A stretch of DNA of 64,000 nt from an uncultured Solirubrobacterales bacterium (GCA_963744135.1 CAVUSE010000009.1:37946-101945), one strand, 5' to 3'. Positions 1-9,513 are shown, numbered from the stretch's first letter. A program made the numbers and translations. The notes: generated by a model from the sequence alone, not told the origin.

Positions 1-192
1 TTCACCCCCGCCGACATCAGCAACCGGGTTATTCACCTCATCACTTGTTGGCGGGGCAGGTTGTGAGCGCTGGGTGCGATCCTCGACTTTACCCTTGGCG
101 AGCAGCCAGATAGCGACCTCCATCTTGGTCCCATCAAGCTTACTCAACCGATCCTCACGGATCTTGATATTGCGTGGCTTACGCCGTCCCAT
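1..192 (-). CDS. small hypothetical protein, runs off the left edge (MGRRKPRNIKIREDRLSKLDGTKMEVAIWLLAKG...)
   Basis: Manual translation: ATG at 192 with GGAGGTG RBS upstream, no stop before base 1. Resembles the small genes that precede serine recombinases in actinobacterial integrative elements (inference). Confidence 0.6.
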   Translation of the reverse strand, partial: MGRRKPRNIKIREDRLSKLDGTKMEVAIWLLAKGKVEDRTQRSQPAPPTSDEVNNPVADVGGGE

Positions 193-219
193 CGCTCACC
201 TCCCTTCACCTACTTAATT

Positions 220-236
220 TGTTACGCAACGTAACA
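220..236. promoter_or_regulatory. 7-3-7 inverted repeat TGTTACG-CAA-CGTAACA in an AT-rich intergenic region; candidate operator
   Basis: Perfect inverted repeat seen directly upstream of the 1..192 ORF. Confidence 0.45.
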
Positions 237-323
237 TTTAGCCTGCCACACATTGTGACACTTGTCAACAACATTGTTATTTTCACCCGCAATTTCGGGG
301 GATAAAAATGTCAAGAACGGCTG

Positions 324-494
324 TTACAACTGTGTGTACCGCCAGACAAGACGGACGATGATCACGACGACAGCCAGTACCACCAGCGGTACCAATAGCC
401 GCGGGAGCACGCTCGCTAGAACTTGCAAGCTGATAGCTCCCACGACCAACCAAGCAACGATGCGCTCCCACGATGGTTGACTACCGTGATTCAT
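324..494 (-). CDS. small two-TM membrane protein
   Basis: Two hydrophobic stretches. ATG at 494 overlaps the end of the upstream ORF; the ORF track allows extension to 587. Confidence 0.55.
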   Translation of the reverse strand: MNHGSQPSWERIVAWLVVGAISLQVLASVLPRLLVPLVVLAVVVIIVRLVWRYTQL

Positions 495-774
495 GACTGC
501 CACTCCCGCTCGTCCAATTAGTGCCCCGAGCTGCATGACCACGAGGCTGATCGGATTCCGCCTCGGCCTGTCGTAGCGCCTCGGCAAAGAGTTGCTGCTT
601 CGCGTCCTGGGCCGCGTTCTGTAGGCGGATGGCAGCGTGCAGCACCTCGCGGTACGGGGCAGCCAGGTCTTCTTCGAGTGGTTGGGCGTTGATCCGCAGC
701 ATGCGCCAGAAGACGGCCGCTCCGACGAGCGCCAGCAGGCCGATCACGGCGAGAACTGCCTCCAAGACGCCCAT
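481..774 (-). CDS. hypothetical protein with N-terminal TM helix and coiled coil
   Basis: 97-aa ORF coupled (TGATG) to 774..1070. Confidence 0.65.
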   Translation of the reverse strand: MGVLEAVLAVIGLLALVGAAVFWRMLRINAQPLEEDLAAPYREVLHAAIRLQNAAQDAKQQLFAEALRQAEAESDQPRGHAARGTNWTSGSGSHESR

Positions 775-1070
775 CAGCGCTGCCCCCGATTCTGGATGCC
801 GAGGGCCTGGATCTCCGCGACCGCCACAGAGCCGTAGGCCGCGAGGATCGCTCTGTAGGTGTCCTCGCCCATCGGCGACTGACGAAAGGCAACATCAGCC
901 GAGTGGGACAACATGCTGGCATTGTGCATCGCCACCGAGGCAACAAGCGCGGCGCCTTGGACTCCGGCTAGGGCGCCGAGACTGTGGCGCTCGCGTTCAG
1001 CGACCTGAGCGTTTAGGAATGGGTCGGGCTGGACGACCTGCGTCGAGCGACGGGATACGATGTTAGACAT
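774..1070 (-). CDS. hypothetical protein
   Basis: 98-aa ORF with a GGAAGG RBS-like sequence; first of three coupled small genes. Confidence 0.65.
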   Translation of the reverse strand: MSNIVSRRSTQVVQPDPFLNAQVAERERHSLGALAGVQGAALVASVAMHNASMLSHSADVAFRQSPMGEDTYRAILAAYGSVAVAEIQALGIQNRGQR

Positions 1071-1073
1071 GGC

Positions 1074-2333
1074 GTGGCTTCCTTCCGTCGTTGGCGACCT
1101 TCAGTGCCGGTAAGTCGCCCATATGGGCAACGAAGCCCGGCGGATGCGATTCATGCAGGTTGTCAGCCTGCTGGGCTGCTGTCAGCCCAAGTTCGGGCCG
1201 CGGGCCAGAACCGGGTCACCGCCGGATTACAGACCGCGCTTGACGAGCAGATAGAGAGCATCGTTGATGAGCTCATCAAAATTGGTAAAGATCGAAAGCC
1301 GCTGGAGAGTAAGGATTTGACAAAATACCGTACCCTCTTAAACAGCCAAGAGGTATTAGAGCGCGCGCCGGACAATGCAGATGATGCTCAGCTTGCCAAA
1401 TGCGCAGCGCAAGCGCTAGAAGACTTCATAACCAAAATTGAAGACGATGGAGAAAGGGAGGCTATTCAGGCGGCCCTTGTCACATCTAAGAAGTTTGCCA
1501 ATAAAACGATCACAAGCCGACGCCCTCGGTACCTCACAGAAAGCACGTTTAAGAGAATACGCACTAGGCAGTTCTATGAGATTGCCAAGTTTCTATGTGG
1601 TGGACTGCCACAAAATACGCTAGACGCTTCCATCGTCGTTACCGATACCGAAAGAGCGTATATCGCTTATGGCCTTGATTGTCTAGCTAGGGCCGCGGTC
1701 ACGCTTCATTTTGCCGGCCTCGCCTGTCTTTTCATTCATGCTTTTGACGCTTCACACAAACCTCATGAGCCAGCGTTGGTGCAACCCGATCACCTAGCCT
1801 GCACAGAGCATTGCCTTTTAAGCTTGCTACATCTACTTGACAGAGCAAACTATTGGCGCACCATTCCACCCCAAGCTCGCTCCTCAACGATTGACTCCTT
1901 GCCCCCCGCAAGAGACCGCTATCTGACGTCACTCATCGATGAGGTTAGAGACTGCTGGACGCTTGTTGAAGGCAGACCGACCAAGCGTCAGTTGTCTTTC
2001 ACTTTTGCATCTGTACTTGGCCTGGGCGGCGACCTGTATTTCCTCGATCTGTACAGCGATATTTGGGTTCCGTGGTACAGGCGCAACCTACCGCACGGGA
2101 ACGAGCCTGCGGGCATTGAGTTGCTCACCGCTAAGAGCGGTCTCCTATCGGAAGCTCTTTACCCCTACTGCAAGGTGACGCGATTGGTTGGGAATGCCTT
2201 GGACCTTGCTTACAGGGCGTTGGCGCACTACTACGGCCGTAGTCTACATGATGTCATTGCAGATGGTCGAACACTCCAAGATCACGCTGAAGTCTTTTTC
2301 ACCGATAGGACATTTGCCTTGCTAAAACCGTAA
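1074..2333 (+). CDS. hypothetical protein, possible N-terminal HTH-like region; true start probably downstream
   Basis: Long ORF in visibly lower-GC DNA; no family recognised with certainty. Confidence 0.65.
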   Translation: MASFRRWRPSVPVSRPYGQRSPADAIHAGCQPAGLLSAQVRAAGQNRVTAGLQTALDEQIESIVDELIKIGKDRKPLESKDLTKYRTLLNSQEVLERAPDNADDAQLAKCAAQALEDFITKIEDDGEREAIQAALVTSKKFANKTITSRRPRYLTESTFKRIRTRQFYEIAKFLCGGLPQNTLDASIVVTDTERAYIAYGLDCLARAAVTLHFAGLACLFIHAFDASHKPHEPALVQPDHLACTEHCLLSLLHLLDRANYWRTIPPQARSSTIDSLPPARDRYLTSLIDEVRDCWTLVEGRPTKRQLSFTFASVLGLGGDLYFLDLYSDIWVPWYRRNLPHGNEPAGIELLTAKSGLLSEALYPYCKVTRLVGNALDLAYRALAHYYGRSLHDVIADGRTLQDHAEVFFTDRTFALLKP

Positions 2334-2347
2334 AATATTGCTATAAT

Positions 2348-2971
2348 ATGCGGACAAATCTATGCTGTAAGTATATGAAAGGAGTCGTACGGGAAAAGTG
2401 TATTATGAGAGACGGCCAAAGAGACGTATACAAGGAACTTGCCGGGGATGACTGGTTTGCCTATCGTAGAATGGAGCGAGCCGCCAATATCACCGTGCGG
2501 CACATGTATGCAAGCTGGCAACGGGCCGACGATCACGACCGACATTTAGAGCGCATGGCGTTATGGGGTGCTATCCTATTGGATGCTGACTGTGCTGAAG
2601 CACTCCAACCAGGCCACGAGCTACGACTGTGGCCTCCAGACATCAGCGCAGAAACCCGTTATGGGCTCCAGGCCGGCATCCGAATGGTACACGCCGTATT
2701 ACCGTTTACGACTATAGAACGGGATACCCTCAATGATCGGCCTATGCAATCCTTCGCAGCTCAGTTTCCAGCGGTTGAAAGTGATGAACTCGCTTCACAT
2801 GAACCAGAATTAGTGGAGCGCTGGCACCAGTGGCTGTGGCAAGACGAATTCGGTAGGCCACAAACTAGTGTTGAAGCCATCGGCGCCGCTGCTATCTTGA
2901 TGGAAAGTTGTCGGCAACTTTTCCTGAGTCTCGACACAATCCTGTCCGACCCGCTGGCCACCCCTCTCTGA
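2348..2971 (+). CDS. hypothetical protein
   Basis: 207-aa ORF with TATAAT immediately upstream; start codon uncertain. Confidence 0.6.
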   Translation: MRTNLCCKYMKGVVREKCIMRDGQRDVYKELAGDDWFAYRRMERAANITVRHMYASWQRADDHDRHLERMALWGAILLDADCAEALQPGHELRLWPPDISAETRYGLQAGIRMVHAVLPFTTIERDTLNDRPMQSFAAQFPAVESDELASHEPELVERWHQWLWQDEFGRPQTSVEAIGAAAILMESCRQLFLSLDTILSDPLATPL

Positions 2972-3104
2972 GAAGTTCGAGCAGACCTAGCGGTTACGCA
3001 ATAACGGCACCGTGGCCATCACCCCCCAGCCACGAACATATCCTCGACCTCATTACATCCAGAGCCACCCTTGTTGAGCTGAGCATAGGGCATCCTTCAC
3101 AAGA

Positions 3105-3941
3105 TCATTCAGACGGCGATCCCCCGGGCGTGAAGGTATCCGTGGCCTTATGACACACAGTGCCATTCACGGTGCTGGGCAGATGAGCATACGGCAGCAC
3201 CTTATATTTCTCTGGTCCGTATTCATTGCAGGTGGCCGCTTGAGGCCCGCTGAGGGTTATAGTGGTGTGATCTTCCGACTCCCAGGCTCCGGTCGGCACG
3301 AGATTGAACGTCACCCCATTTAGTTCAGTCTGTGACAGACTTGGGCGGGAATTAGTGAGAGCGTTGCGATTCAGAACCCAAAACGGCGTGGTCACGGTCT
3401 GGTCCGGCTGAAAAGTGTATTGGAGTCCTTCCCCGCCGCAGGTCCATCCTTGGGAGGTGTGGAGCACTGTGTCCGAAGGACCGCCCGCACCAGTCATAGC
3501 ACCCTTGCCATCGATGACCATTTGAAGAGGTACGCTGCCTTCAGCATAAGACATTACCAGTTCACCTTGTGCAAAGGCTTCATTACCAACGCTGTCGCTC
3601 GTTTCTTCGTCTGTCGGACAAGCGCTCAGCACTTCCGACGGTGGTGCCCCTGCCTGGCCATACTGAAGTGAGCCGAGTATGACCTTGGAGACGAACTTGG
3701 TGTTCTTGGCAACCAAGGTGTATGTACCGATTTCCGGCAGCGTCGCAGTCGTTGCAGGCGTCGTCTCCGTGGATGGAGTCGATGTGGTCGGTTCGTTCTG
3801 CCCGCTGGCTACTTGCGCAGCCGAGGGAGGACCTACTGAATTGCTTGGGCCGGATGAGCCGCAACCAATCAGAGCAGCCACCATGATCCCGACGCTCGCC
3901 AGCACGCCAAGCTCGGCGACAACGCTGATACCTCTCCTCAT
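3105..3941 (-). CDS. putative lipoprotein
   Basis: Signal peptide with lipobox-like ALIG-C, then S/T/P-rich linker and Cys-containing domain; AGGAG RBS. Confidence 0.75.
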   Translation of the reverse strand: MRRGISVVAELGVLASVGIMVAALIGCGSSGPSNSVGPPSAAQVASGQNEPTTSTPSTETTPATTATLPEIGTYTLVAKNTKFVSKVILGSLQYGQAGAPPSEVLSACPTDEETSDSVGNEAFAQGELVMSYAEGSVPLQMVIDGKGAMTGAGGPSDTVLHTSQGWTCGGEGLQYTFQPDQTVTTPFWVLNRNALTNSRPSLSQTELNGVTFNLVPTGAWESEDHTTITLSGPQAATCNEYGPEKYKVLPYAHLPSTVNGTVCHKATDTFTPGGSPSE

Positions 3942-3994
3942 GTTCAGACTCCTTTGTGGTTGGGGCTGCCCGTGCAGCCATTTGTCCGCGCGGG

Positions 3995-4030
3995 ACGCTA
4001 CTTATAAGTCTGTAGACTGTCAAGTAGCAA
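3995..4030 (-). promoter_or_regulatory. sigma70-type promoter (TTGACA-N17-TAGCGT) for the lipoprotein gene, overlapped by a palindromic C-box-like operator upstream of the divergent XRE gene
   Basis: Plus strand GCTACTTATAAGTCTGTAGACTGTCAAGTAGC has GCTACTT/AAGTAGC and AGTC/GACT dyads; TTGACA on minus at 4023-4018. Confidence 0.55.
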
Positions 4031-4049
4031 ACCGGGACCGTGTCCCGGC

Positions 4050-4328
4050 ATGGAAGGCGATCTACAACGAGCGGTCGGCCACAACCTGCGGGCCTACCGC
4101 CAGGCCCTCGGCCTCAGCCAAGAGGCGTTCGCGGACGAGCTCTGCGTCCACCGCACCTACATGGGCGGCATCGAGCGCGGTGAGCGCAACCTGACCCTCA
4201 AGAGCCTGGAGCGCATCGCCGGCCGGATCGACGTCGACCCGCTCGCCCTGTTGCAGCCGCCCGAGGACGAGTCAACGCCGCCGTCCGCACGGGCCACAGG
4301 CTTGACGGCTCACGCCACGCGGCCCTAG
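4050..4328 (+). CDS. XRE-family HTH regulator (controller C-protein-like)
   Basis: LSQEAFADELCVHRTYMGGIERGERNLTL matches the Cro/C1 HTH_3 signature. Confidence 0.9.
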   Translation: MEGDLQRAVGHNLRAYRQALGLSQEAFADELCVHRTYMGGIERGERNLTLKSLERIAGRIDVDPLALLQPPEDESTPPSARATGLTAHATRP

Positions 4329-4398
4329 CCTCGGGCAGACCCGTTCAACAAGGACGGCCCCACAGAGCGATGACCGCCGAGCCCCAGACACGAGAAGA

Positions 4399-4689
4399 GT
4401 GTGCCTCTCATGCCCGATGAGCAGCCGACCCACGACCAAGGCCCGCGCCGATTGGCTGATCCTTGACCTCTTGCTTGAGGAGGGCACCCGTCGCCCCTGG
4501 GCGACCGCCGAGATCACCCGCGAATACGGCCACGAACTCAACGCCATCGACGCGATCGACCGCCTCCACGGCGCCGGACTCACCCACAAGACCAGTGACG
4601 GCTTCGTGTTCGCCACCCACGCTGCTGCCCGCTACCACCAAATCGCCGATCAGGCACCATCGCCACGCGCCTCACCGGCGAGCGAGTAA
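4399..4689 (+). CDS. small winged-helix-like protein
   Basis: ILDLLL..RPWATAEI..DAIDRLHGAGL..SDGFVFA pattern; similar to 5574..5843. Confidence 0.6.
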   Translation: MCLSCPMSSRPTTKARADWLILDLLLEEGTRRPWATAEITREYGHELNAIDAIDRLHGAGLTHKTSDGFVFATHAAARYHQIADQAPSPRASPASE

Positions 4690-4737
4690 GAAGCGGCCCA
4701 GGCCACCGGGCCATCAACACGCGAGTAGCCGACGCGG

Positions 4738-5160
4738 CTACTGCTCCGGCTGCCCGCCCTCGATCACCCACAGCCGAGGGAGCCGCAGCGGCGGCTCGCC
4801 CACGCCGCCGAGCGTCCGGCTGGCGACCTCAGCCACACAGAACGCATCAGCCAACATGGCCCGAGCGAACTCGCTGATCGCGTCATCGATGACCCGGCTT
4901 GCCCGTTCGTGCAAGCGGCCAAACAGCGCCAAGACATCGGCGTCGCCCAGCTGCACCTCGTAGCGCTCGCGGGAGCCCACCTTCTCCCACCCGATCAGAT
5001 CCAGCAGCCGCGCGGCCTGCTCGAAGTTGCGACGCAGCCACCGGGCGCGATTGATCTCATCGGCTGCCAGCACCAACGCCAAGTCCCCGGCCTCGGCCAA
5101 GTCGCTGACTACGAAGCCATATACCGCGTTGCGCTGCGCCCGATCCAACACGATTGCCAT
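4738..5160 (-). CDS. hypothetical protein
   Basis: ATG at 5160 preceded by GGAGG; 140-aa helical ORF. Confidence 0.55.
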   Translation of the reverse strand: MAIVLDRAQRNAVYGFVVSDLAEAGDLALVLAADEINRARWLRRNFEQAARLLDLIGWEKVGSRERYEVQLGDADVLALFGRLHERASRVIDDAISEFARAMLADAFCVAEVASRTLGGVGEPPLRLPRLWVIEGGQPEQ

Positions 5161-5573
5161 ACCAGGAGCCTCCAATCCGAGGGACAGAGCGGCCCAGATC
5201 CCAGGAGCGAACAAGGGCCTGGGCCGCCCCCAAAGCAAACCAAGCCAGGCCGTGATATGGCAAGGTGTGGAGCTGGCTAATCATCATGATTCGTGTGCTG
5301 GCGGTCCGATGGTAGTGGCACTATCGAAAATCTCCTGTTCGCGGCAGTTACTCGGGTGACTGGCTCTCATTCACAGATATTTACGAGTGACAGTTCACGC
5401 GCTGCCACGAGGCACGATCATTCGACGACAAGCCGCCGATTTACCGAAAATCCCGGCAAAACCAAAGGGGGATTTTTGGCGTCCTGGCGGGCTGGTAGAC
5501 CTTGCGCGTGAAAAGGGTAAACCAGTGACCCCCGGCCGGATAGTAGCCAGCCGGGGGTCGTACACAGGAGGAC

Positions 5574-5843
5574 ATGTCTCCCATGCCGGCCCATCATACG
5601 CCACAGAGCGACACATACCTGGAGCAGCGCGCCATCATCCACCAGCTGCTCCGCGACGACCACACCGAACGCTGGACACCCAAACAACTCCACCAACGCG
5701 CCCTCTCGGACATCGCACCCGAGACGATCGACGAAGCTCTCGCCGAACTGGAGGCCGCTGGCGTGGCCTGGCGCCTGGACGGCTACGTCGGCGCCTCACT
5801 CTGTGCCCGCCACCTGTTCTCACTCGACCTCATCGGCATCTGA
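5574..5843 (+). CDS. small winged-helix-like protein
   Basis: AGGAGG RBS; IIHQLL..ERWTPKQL..DEALAELEAAGV..LDGYVGAS. Confidence 0.65.
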   Translation: MSPMPAHHTPQSDTYLEQRAIIHQLLRDDHTERWTPKQLHQRALSDIAPETIDEALAELEAAGVAWRLDGYVGASLCARHLFSLDLIGI

Positions 5844-5852
5844 GAGGCCGCC

Positions 5853-6485
5853 ATGCGACTCTCAGAAATGGGCCTTGAGCCCACCACGCTGGCCTGCCTG
5901 CACCGCGGCGGCATCAACACCACCTACTGGCTACTCGATCACACCTACCGGGAGCTGATCTGGCATTCCGAGATCACCCCCGAGGCACTCTACGACATCC
6001 TCCGTGCGCTCCGCCGGCACGACCTGACGCTGAAATCGCACACCAAGGGAAGAGAGCGGCCGGTGAACGAGCGCAATCTCGAGGTCTTCCGCCTGCGCGT
6101 TGTCAAGGGCCACCGGCTCAAGGCAACCGGCGAGCAGGTCGGCATCGGCGTCGAGCGCGTCAGGCAGATCCTTGCGGCCTGCTTCGGTCTGCGGGGCGCA
6201 CCACCGGCCGTCAAAGCCAAACCCCACCGCATCGAGAACCAAAGCTTGCCCCCCGACTGCGATCAGGTCGGCCGCGCCATAGGGCGCCTGCGCGCCGCCC
6301 GGGGCCTCACCGTCGATGACCTCGCCGCCGCGATCGATATCAGCGCTGAGCAGCTGGCCCGGATCGAGGACGGACTGCGCGACCCCACCTGGACCACGCT
6401 CTCCAGGCTCGCCATCGCGCTCGACACCACGGCGGCGCTGCTGGCCTACGCCATCGAAGTCGAGCAACCCACGGGTAGCACCTGA
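5853..6485 (+). CDS. fusion regulator: RNAP alpha-CTD-like domain + sigma70 region-4-like HTH + XRE HTH
   Basis: LSEMGLEPTTLACLHRGGINT..L resembles alpha-CTD; VFRLR..GHRLKATGEQVGIGVERVRQI resembles sigma R4; LRAARGLTVDDLA..IEDGLRDPTW is an XRE HTH. Confidence 0.7.
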   Translation: MRLSEMGLEPTTLACLHRGGINTTYWLLDHTYRELIWHSEITPEALYDILRALRRHDLTLKSHTKGRERPVNERNLEVFRLRVVKGHRLKATGEQVGIGVERVRQILAACFGLRGAPPAVKAKPHRIENQSLPPDCDQVGRAIGRLRAARGLTVDDLAAAIDISAEQLARIEDGLRDPTWTTLSRLAIALDTTAALLAYAIEVEQPTGST

Positions 6486-7174
6486 TGCCTGATCGCCAGC
6501 TCATCCTCGTCATCGAGGCCGACGACACCGTCAGCCGCCCGATCGTTGACCAGCTCGCTGCCGATGACCACGCAGCAAAGATCGCCCGCAGCGTGGGCCA
6601 CGCCACCGCCTTGGCCGTCATGGAGCCGCCGGCGCTCGTGGTGCTCGGCGCACTCGCTACACCCACCGACGCCCTCACGCTGCTGCGCATGATCCGCAGC
6701 AGCCCGGACGCTCCCTGGCAACAGGACGTGCCCGTGATTCTGCTCAGCCCCCACACCCAGGAGTCCGACCTACTGCGAGCCTTCGAGGCAGGCGTCGATG
6801 ACTTCATGGCCCACCCGCCGAGCTACCTGGAACTACGCGCCCGCCTGCGAGCCCTCCTGCGACGCGCCACGCCGCGAAACCACCGAGTGCTCCAGGTCGG
6901 CCCGCTGAAGATCGACACCGACGCACACACGGCCAGCCTCCACGGACAACGCCTCGCCCTACGCCGCATGGAGTACGAGTTGCTCGTCCACCTCGCCGGC
7001 GAGCCCCAGCGGGTCTTCCCCAAGCACGAGTTGCTGCGGGCCGTTTGGGGATACCCCGAGGTCTGCTCCACGCGAACGCTCGATAGCCACGCCAGCCGCC
7101 TGCGCCGCAAGCTCGCCGCCAGCAACGAACGGTGGGTCTTCAATGTCCGCAGCGTGGGCTACCGGCTTATATAA
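6485..7174 (+). CDS. orphan OmpR/PhoB-family response regulator with an atypical receiver domain
   Basis: C-terminal trans_reg_C (EYELLVHL..ELLRAVWG..RTLDSHASRLRRKL..VRSVGYRL). Phospho-acceptor Asp position reads G (ALVVLG); conserved KP reads HP. Confidence 0.85.
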   Translation: MPDRQLILVIEADDTVSRPIVDQLAADDHAAKIARSVGHATALAVMEPPALVVLGALATPTDALTLLRMIRSSPDAPWQQDVPVILLSPHTQESDLLRAFEAGVDDFMAHPPSYLELRARLRALLRRATPRNHRVLQVGPLKIDTDAHTASLHGQRLALRRMEYELLVHLAGEPQRVFPKHELLRAVWGYPEVCSTRTLDSHASRLRRKLAASNERWVFNVRSVGYRLI

Positions 7175-7194
7175 GGCGCCGGCAGGCCCGACCA

Positions 7195-7218
7195 GTCGCC
7201 CAATGGCACTTGTGCGAC
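7195..7218 (+). repeat. dif/Xer-like site A: GTCGCCCAA-TGGCAC-TTGTGCGAC
   Basis: Imperfect inverted arms around a 6-bp spacer; intergenic; repeated at 9514, 11048 and 12340. Confidence 0.75.
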
Positions 7219-7237
7219 GCCGAGTGCATATTGCTAC

Positions 7238-7267
7238 TTGACAACTTTGCCAGTGTAGACACATACT
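7238..7267 (+). promoter_or_regulatory. sigma70-type promoter TTGACA-N18-CATACT, probably giving a leaderless mRNA
   Basis: -10 element ends 6 nt before the ATG at 7274. Confidence 0.6.
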
Positions 7268-7273
7268 AAGCCA

Positions 7274-7525
7274 ATGCCGCACAAAACCAACACACCAAAA
7301 ACTCTCAAACAACTTCTTTCCACTGACAATCATATTCCCGGTATACGGCCACGGTATTACCTACCGGTGTTCATCGTTTCGGTTATCCTTTCGTTCATGA
7401 TTACGCCATCGCCCAACTATCTCCCGATAGACGTACAGCTTTTTCTTGCCTTCGTCATATTTGCCTTGATCTCGGCGATCTCGGCTTTTATTGGCCGTAT
7501 CCTGCGTCGTATCAAGCATCACTGA
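7274..7525 (+). CDS. small two-TM membrane protein (possible immunity-type protein)
   Basis: 83 aa, two hydrophobic helices, low GC, own promoter, convergent with 7531..9405. Confidence 0.7.
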   Translation: MPHKTNTPKTLKQLLSTDNHIPGIRPRYYLPVFIVSVILSFMITPSPNYLPIDVQLFLAFVIFALISAISAFIGRILRRIKHH

Positions 7526-7530
7526 TCGAC

Positions 7531-9405
7531 TCACGGGGCTCCAGCGTTCGCAGCAACTTGTACGCATGCATGAAGGCCGAGGATGCTGTTGAAGTCGTAG
7601 GCAATCTGGCTCACGTTGGACCTGAGAAATGCTCGCACTAGATCGGGAAGTATCTCGACATCTGCCAGCGCATTTTTCGCGTCTTTGATCTTCGCAACAA
7701 TCTCAGACACGCTCCTATAGCCAGCCGGCGCCTTCGGAAGCACCTTGTAGTGCGCAATGTCGTAAAACGTCTCTGCGGCTGGATAGAGTGCCTTTGGGAT
7801 CTTGGCCAAAACCTCGGCACTCTTGGCAACCTCAATTACCTTGAGCAGCTTGAGCGGAAAGGCAACGAGCAGCGCAACCCCAGCTGCACACTTCGCATCA
7901 AGCACTGCCTCGGCAGCCTTGCACTTCAAGCCTGCAAGGACACGCTTCAAGAGGCTGCCATGCACGGGTTTGCACGCGCTTATAACAGGTAGCGACGGAC
8001 TGCTGCTACCTCCACCCTCCTGGGGTGGTGCCCCGCTGACTGGTTGAGCGCCGCCGGTGCCGTTTGTGTTTGCTCCACCGCTTGACGGCGACTGTGGACT
8101 GCCTGTCGTCGTCAATGCTTCCTGTAGGCCGAGCTGGTAATCCTTTCCGAGACCAGGAACGGTGTATGCCGACACCGTTGGTGCGACCGTCGGTTCCTCT
8201 ACTTCACCGGCCATATACAGACGTTCGCTATCGAGTGCGGTACCAAACATGGTAAAGCCATATTCACCATAGCCATCAGCTTCGATCGGAGGGAACATCA
8301 TTGATCCCGTCTGGGCTGATCGGAATTCAACCTGTGCTCCAAGAACATCCTTCACTCGGCTGCACCGAGCAGCGGTAGATCATAAAGGCCGGCAAAGCTA
8401 CAACACCGTTTACATCTACATGCACCGGAAAAGAGCCGCCATCCTGGGCAGGCCCGATCGGCCCTTTGGCATGATCGGTCCACCGTTCTGATCCGGTGGC
8501 GCTCAGTGATGTAAAGACCGCCGACGCATTGGACTCACTATTGGCGAAAATCACTCCACCATCCGGCGTAGCAGCTAGGTTGGTCTGACTACAGTACGCT
8601 TCTTTATCCGTCCAAGTCCACGCGATACCACTCGGGGTGATCTTCTCGACACTCGCGTGTTCGCAGCCCCCATCGTAACCAGCGACAAAGACAGTCCCGT
8701 CGGCGCCCGCCGAGTTGCTATATGCCTCATACGCGGAAATAGGCGCGCCGGTGGTGTAGTTGGTGAGTTCTTCGCCACTATAGTTCAGGTAGTAGACCAG
8801 ACTGTCGGTCTCCACAACAATGATGCCACCAGTGTAGGCGTGCAAGCCGGTGACATCGGAGAAAGATTGTTCAAACGTCATCGCGCCGGTCTGCTCGTTA
8901 TACCCGACTACCTTGGAGTAGGCGCCGTTCCACATCGAAAAGAACACGCTGCCATTCGCCCCCAGGACCGGCCCGGTGCGCCAGCTCACAAATCCGCCGG
9001 TGGGCGTCCCCATCTGACCGAGCCTGCCGCCGAAATCGACTCAATGACTGGATTGCCAGAGGCTTCTTCCGTCAGCACGTAGAGATTACCCTCACTGTCA
9101 CTAATTCCATCCATGCAGGTCGGCGCATAGCCCTTCACGAGCGGCAGATGCCATACGACGCTGCCATCACGAGTTACATACTCGCAATTACTCGTCAAGA
9201 GGTTGCCGTTCGGCGCCACAAAAGCCGTGTCGTTCCGTTCGATTGGAACACTCCACGCCACGCTTGGAAGGTCTGCGCGCCCGATCGCAGGACCCACCAG
9301 GCCAGCAGCGATGCAGACTATCACCGACGAGAGCACGGCAAGCAGCCGTGAGGAGCGGGGCAGACCACCGGCAGCAACGAGCAGCAACAACTTCCGTGCG
9401 TCCAT
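7531..9405 (-). pseudogene. secreted protein of about 624 aa (signal peptide, PQQ-like beta-propeller repeats, G/S/P linker, helical Cys-containing C-terminal domain) split by two single-base frameshifts
   Basis: Three overlapping ORFs (8986-9405, 8327-9013, 7531-8355) join at indels near 9010 and 8345. Repeated 'dG.v.W' blades. May be intact if the indels are sequencing errors. Confidence 0.7.
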
Positions 9406-9513
9406 AGGGTCGGCAGTCTATACGGTTCGCCGCCTATTGAGACTGTACGGGTCTGCTGCCGCCATCAAAGCCGCTATCCGCACCGCTCGGATAAGTTGAT
9501 GCCTCAGCGCATC

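Noticed and set aside
1113..1132. GTCGCCCATATGGGCAAC as a fifth dif-like site
   Set aside because: Left arm is similar, but the 6-bp spacer and TTGTGCGAC arm are missing; a simple palindrome.
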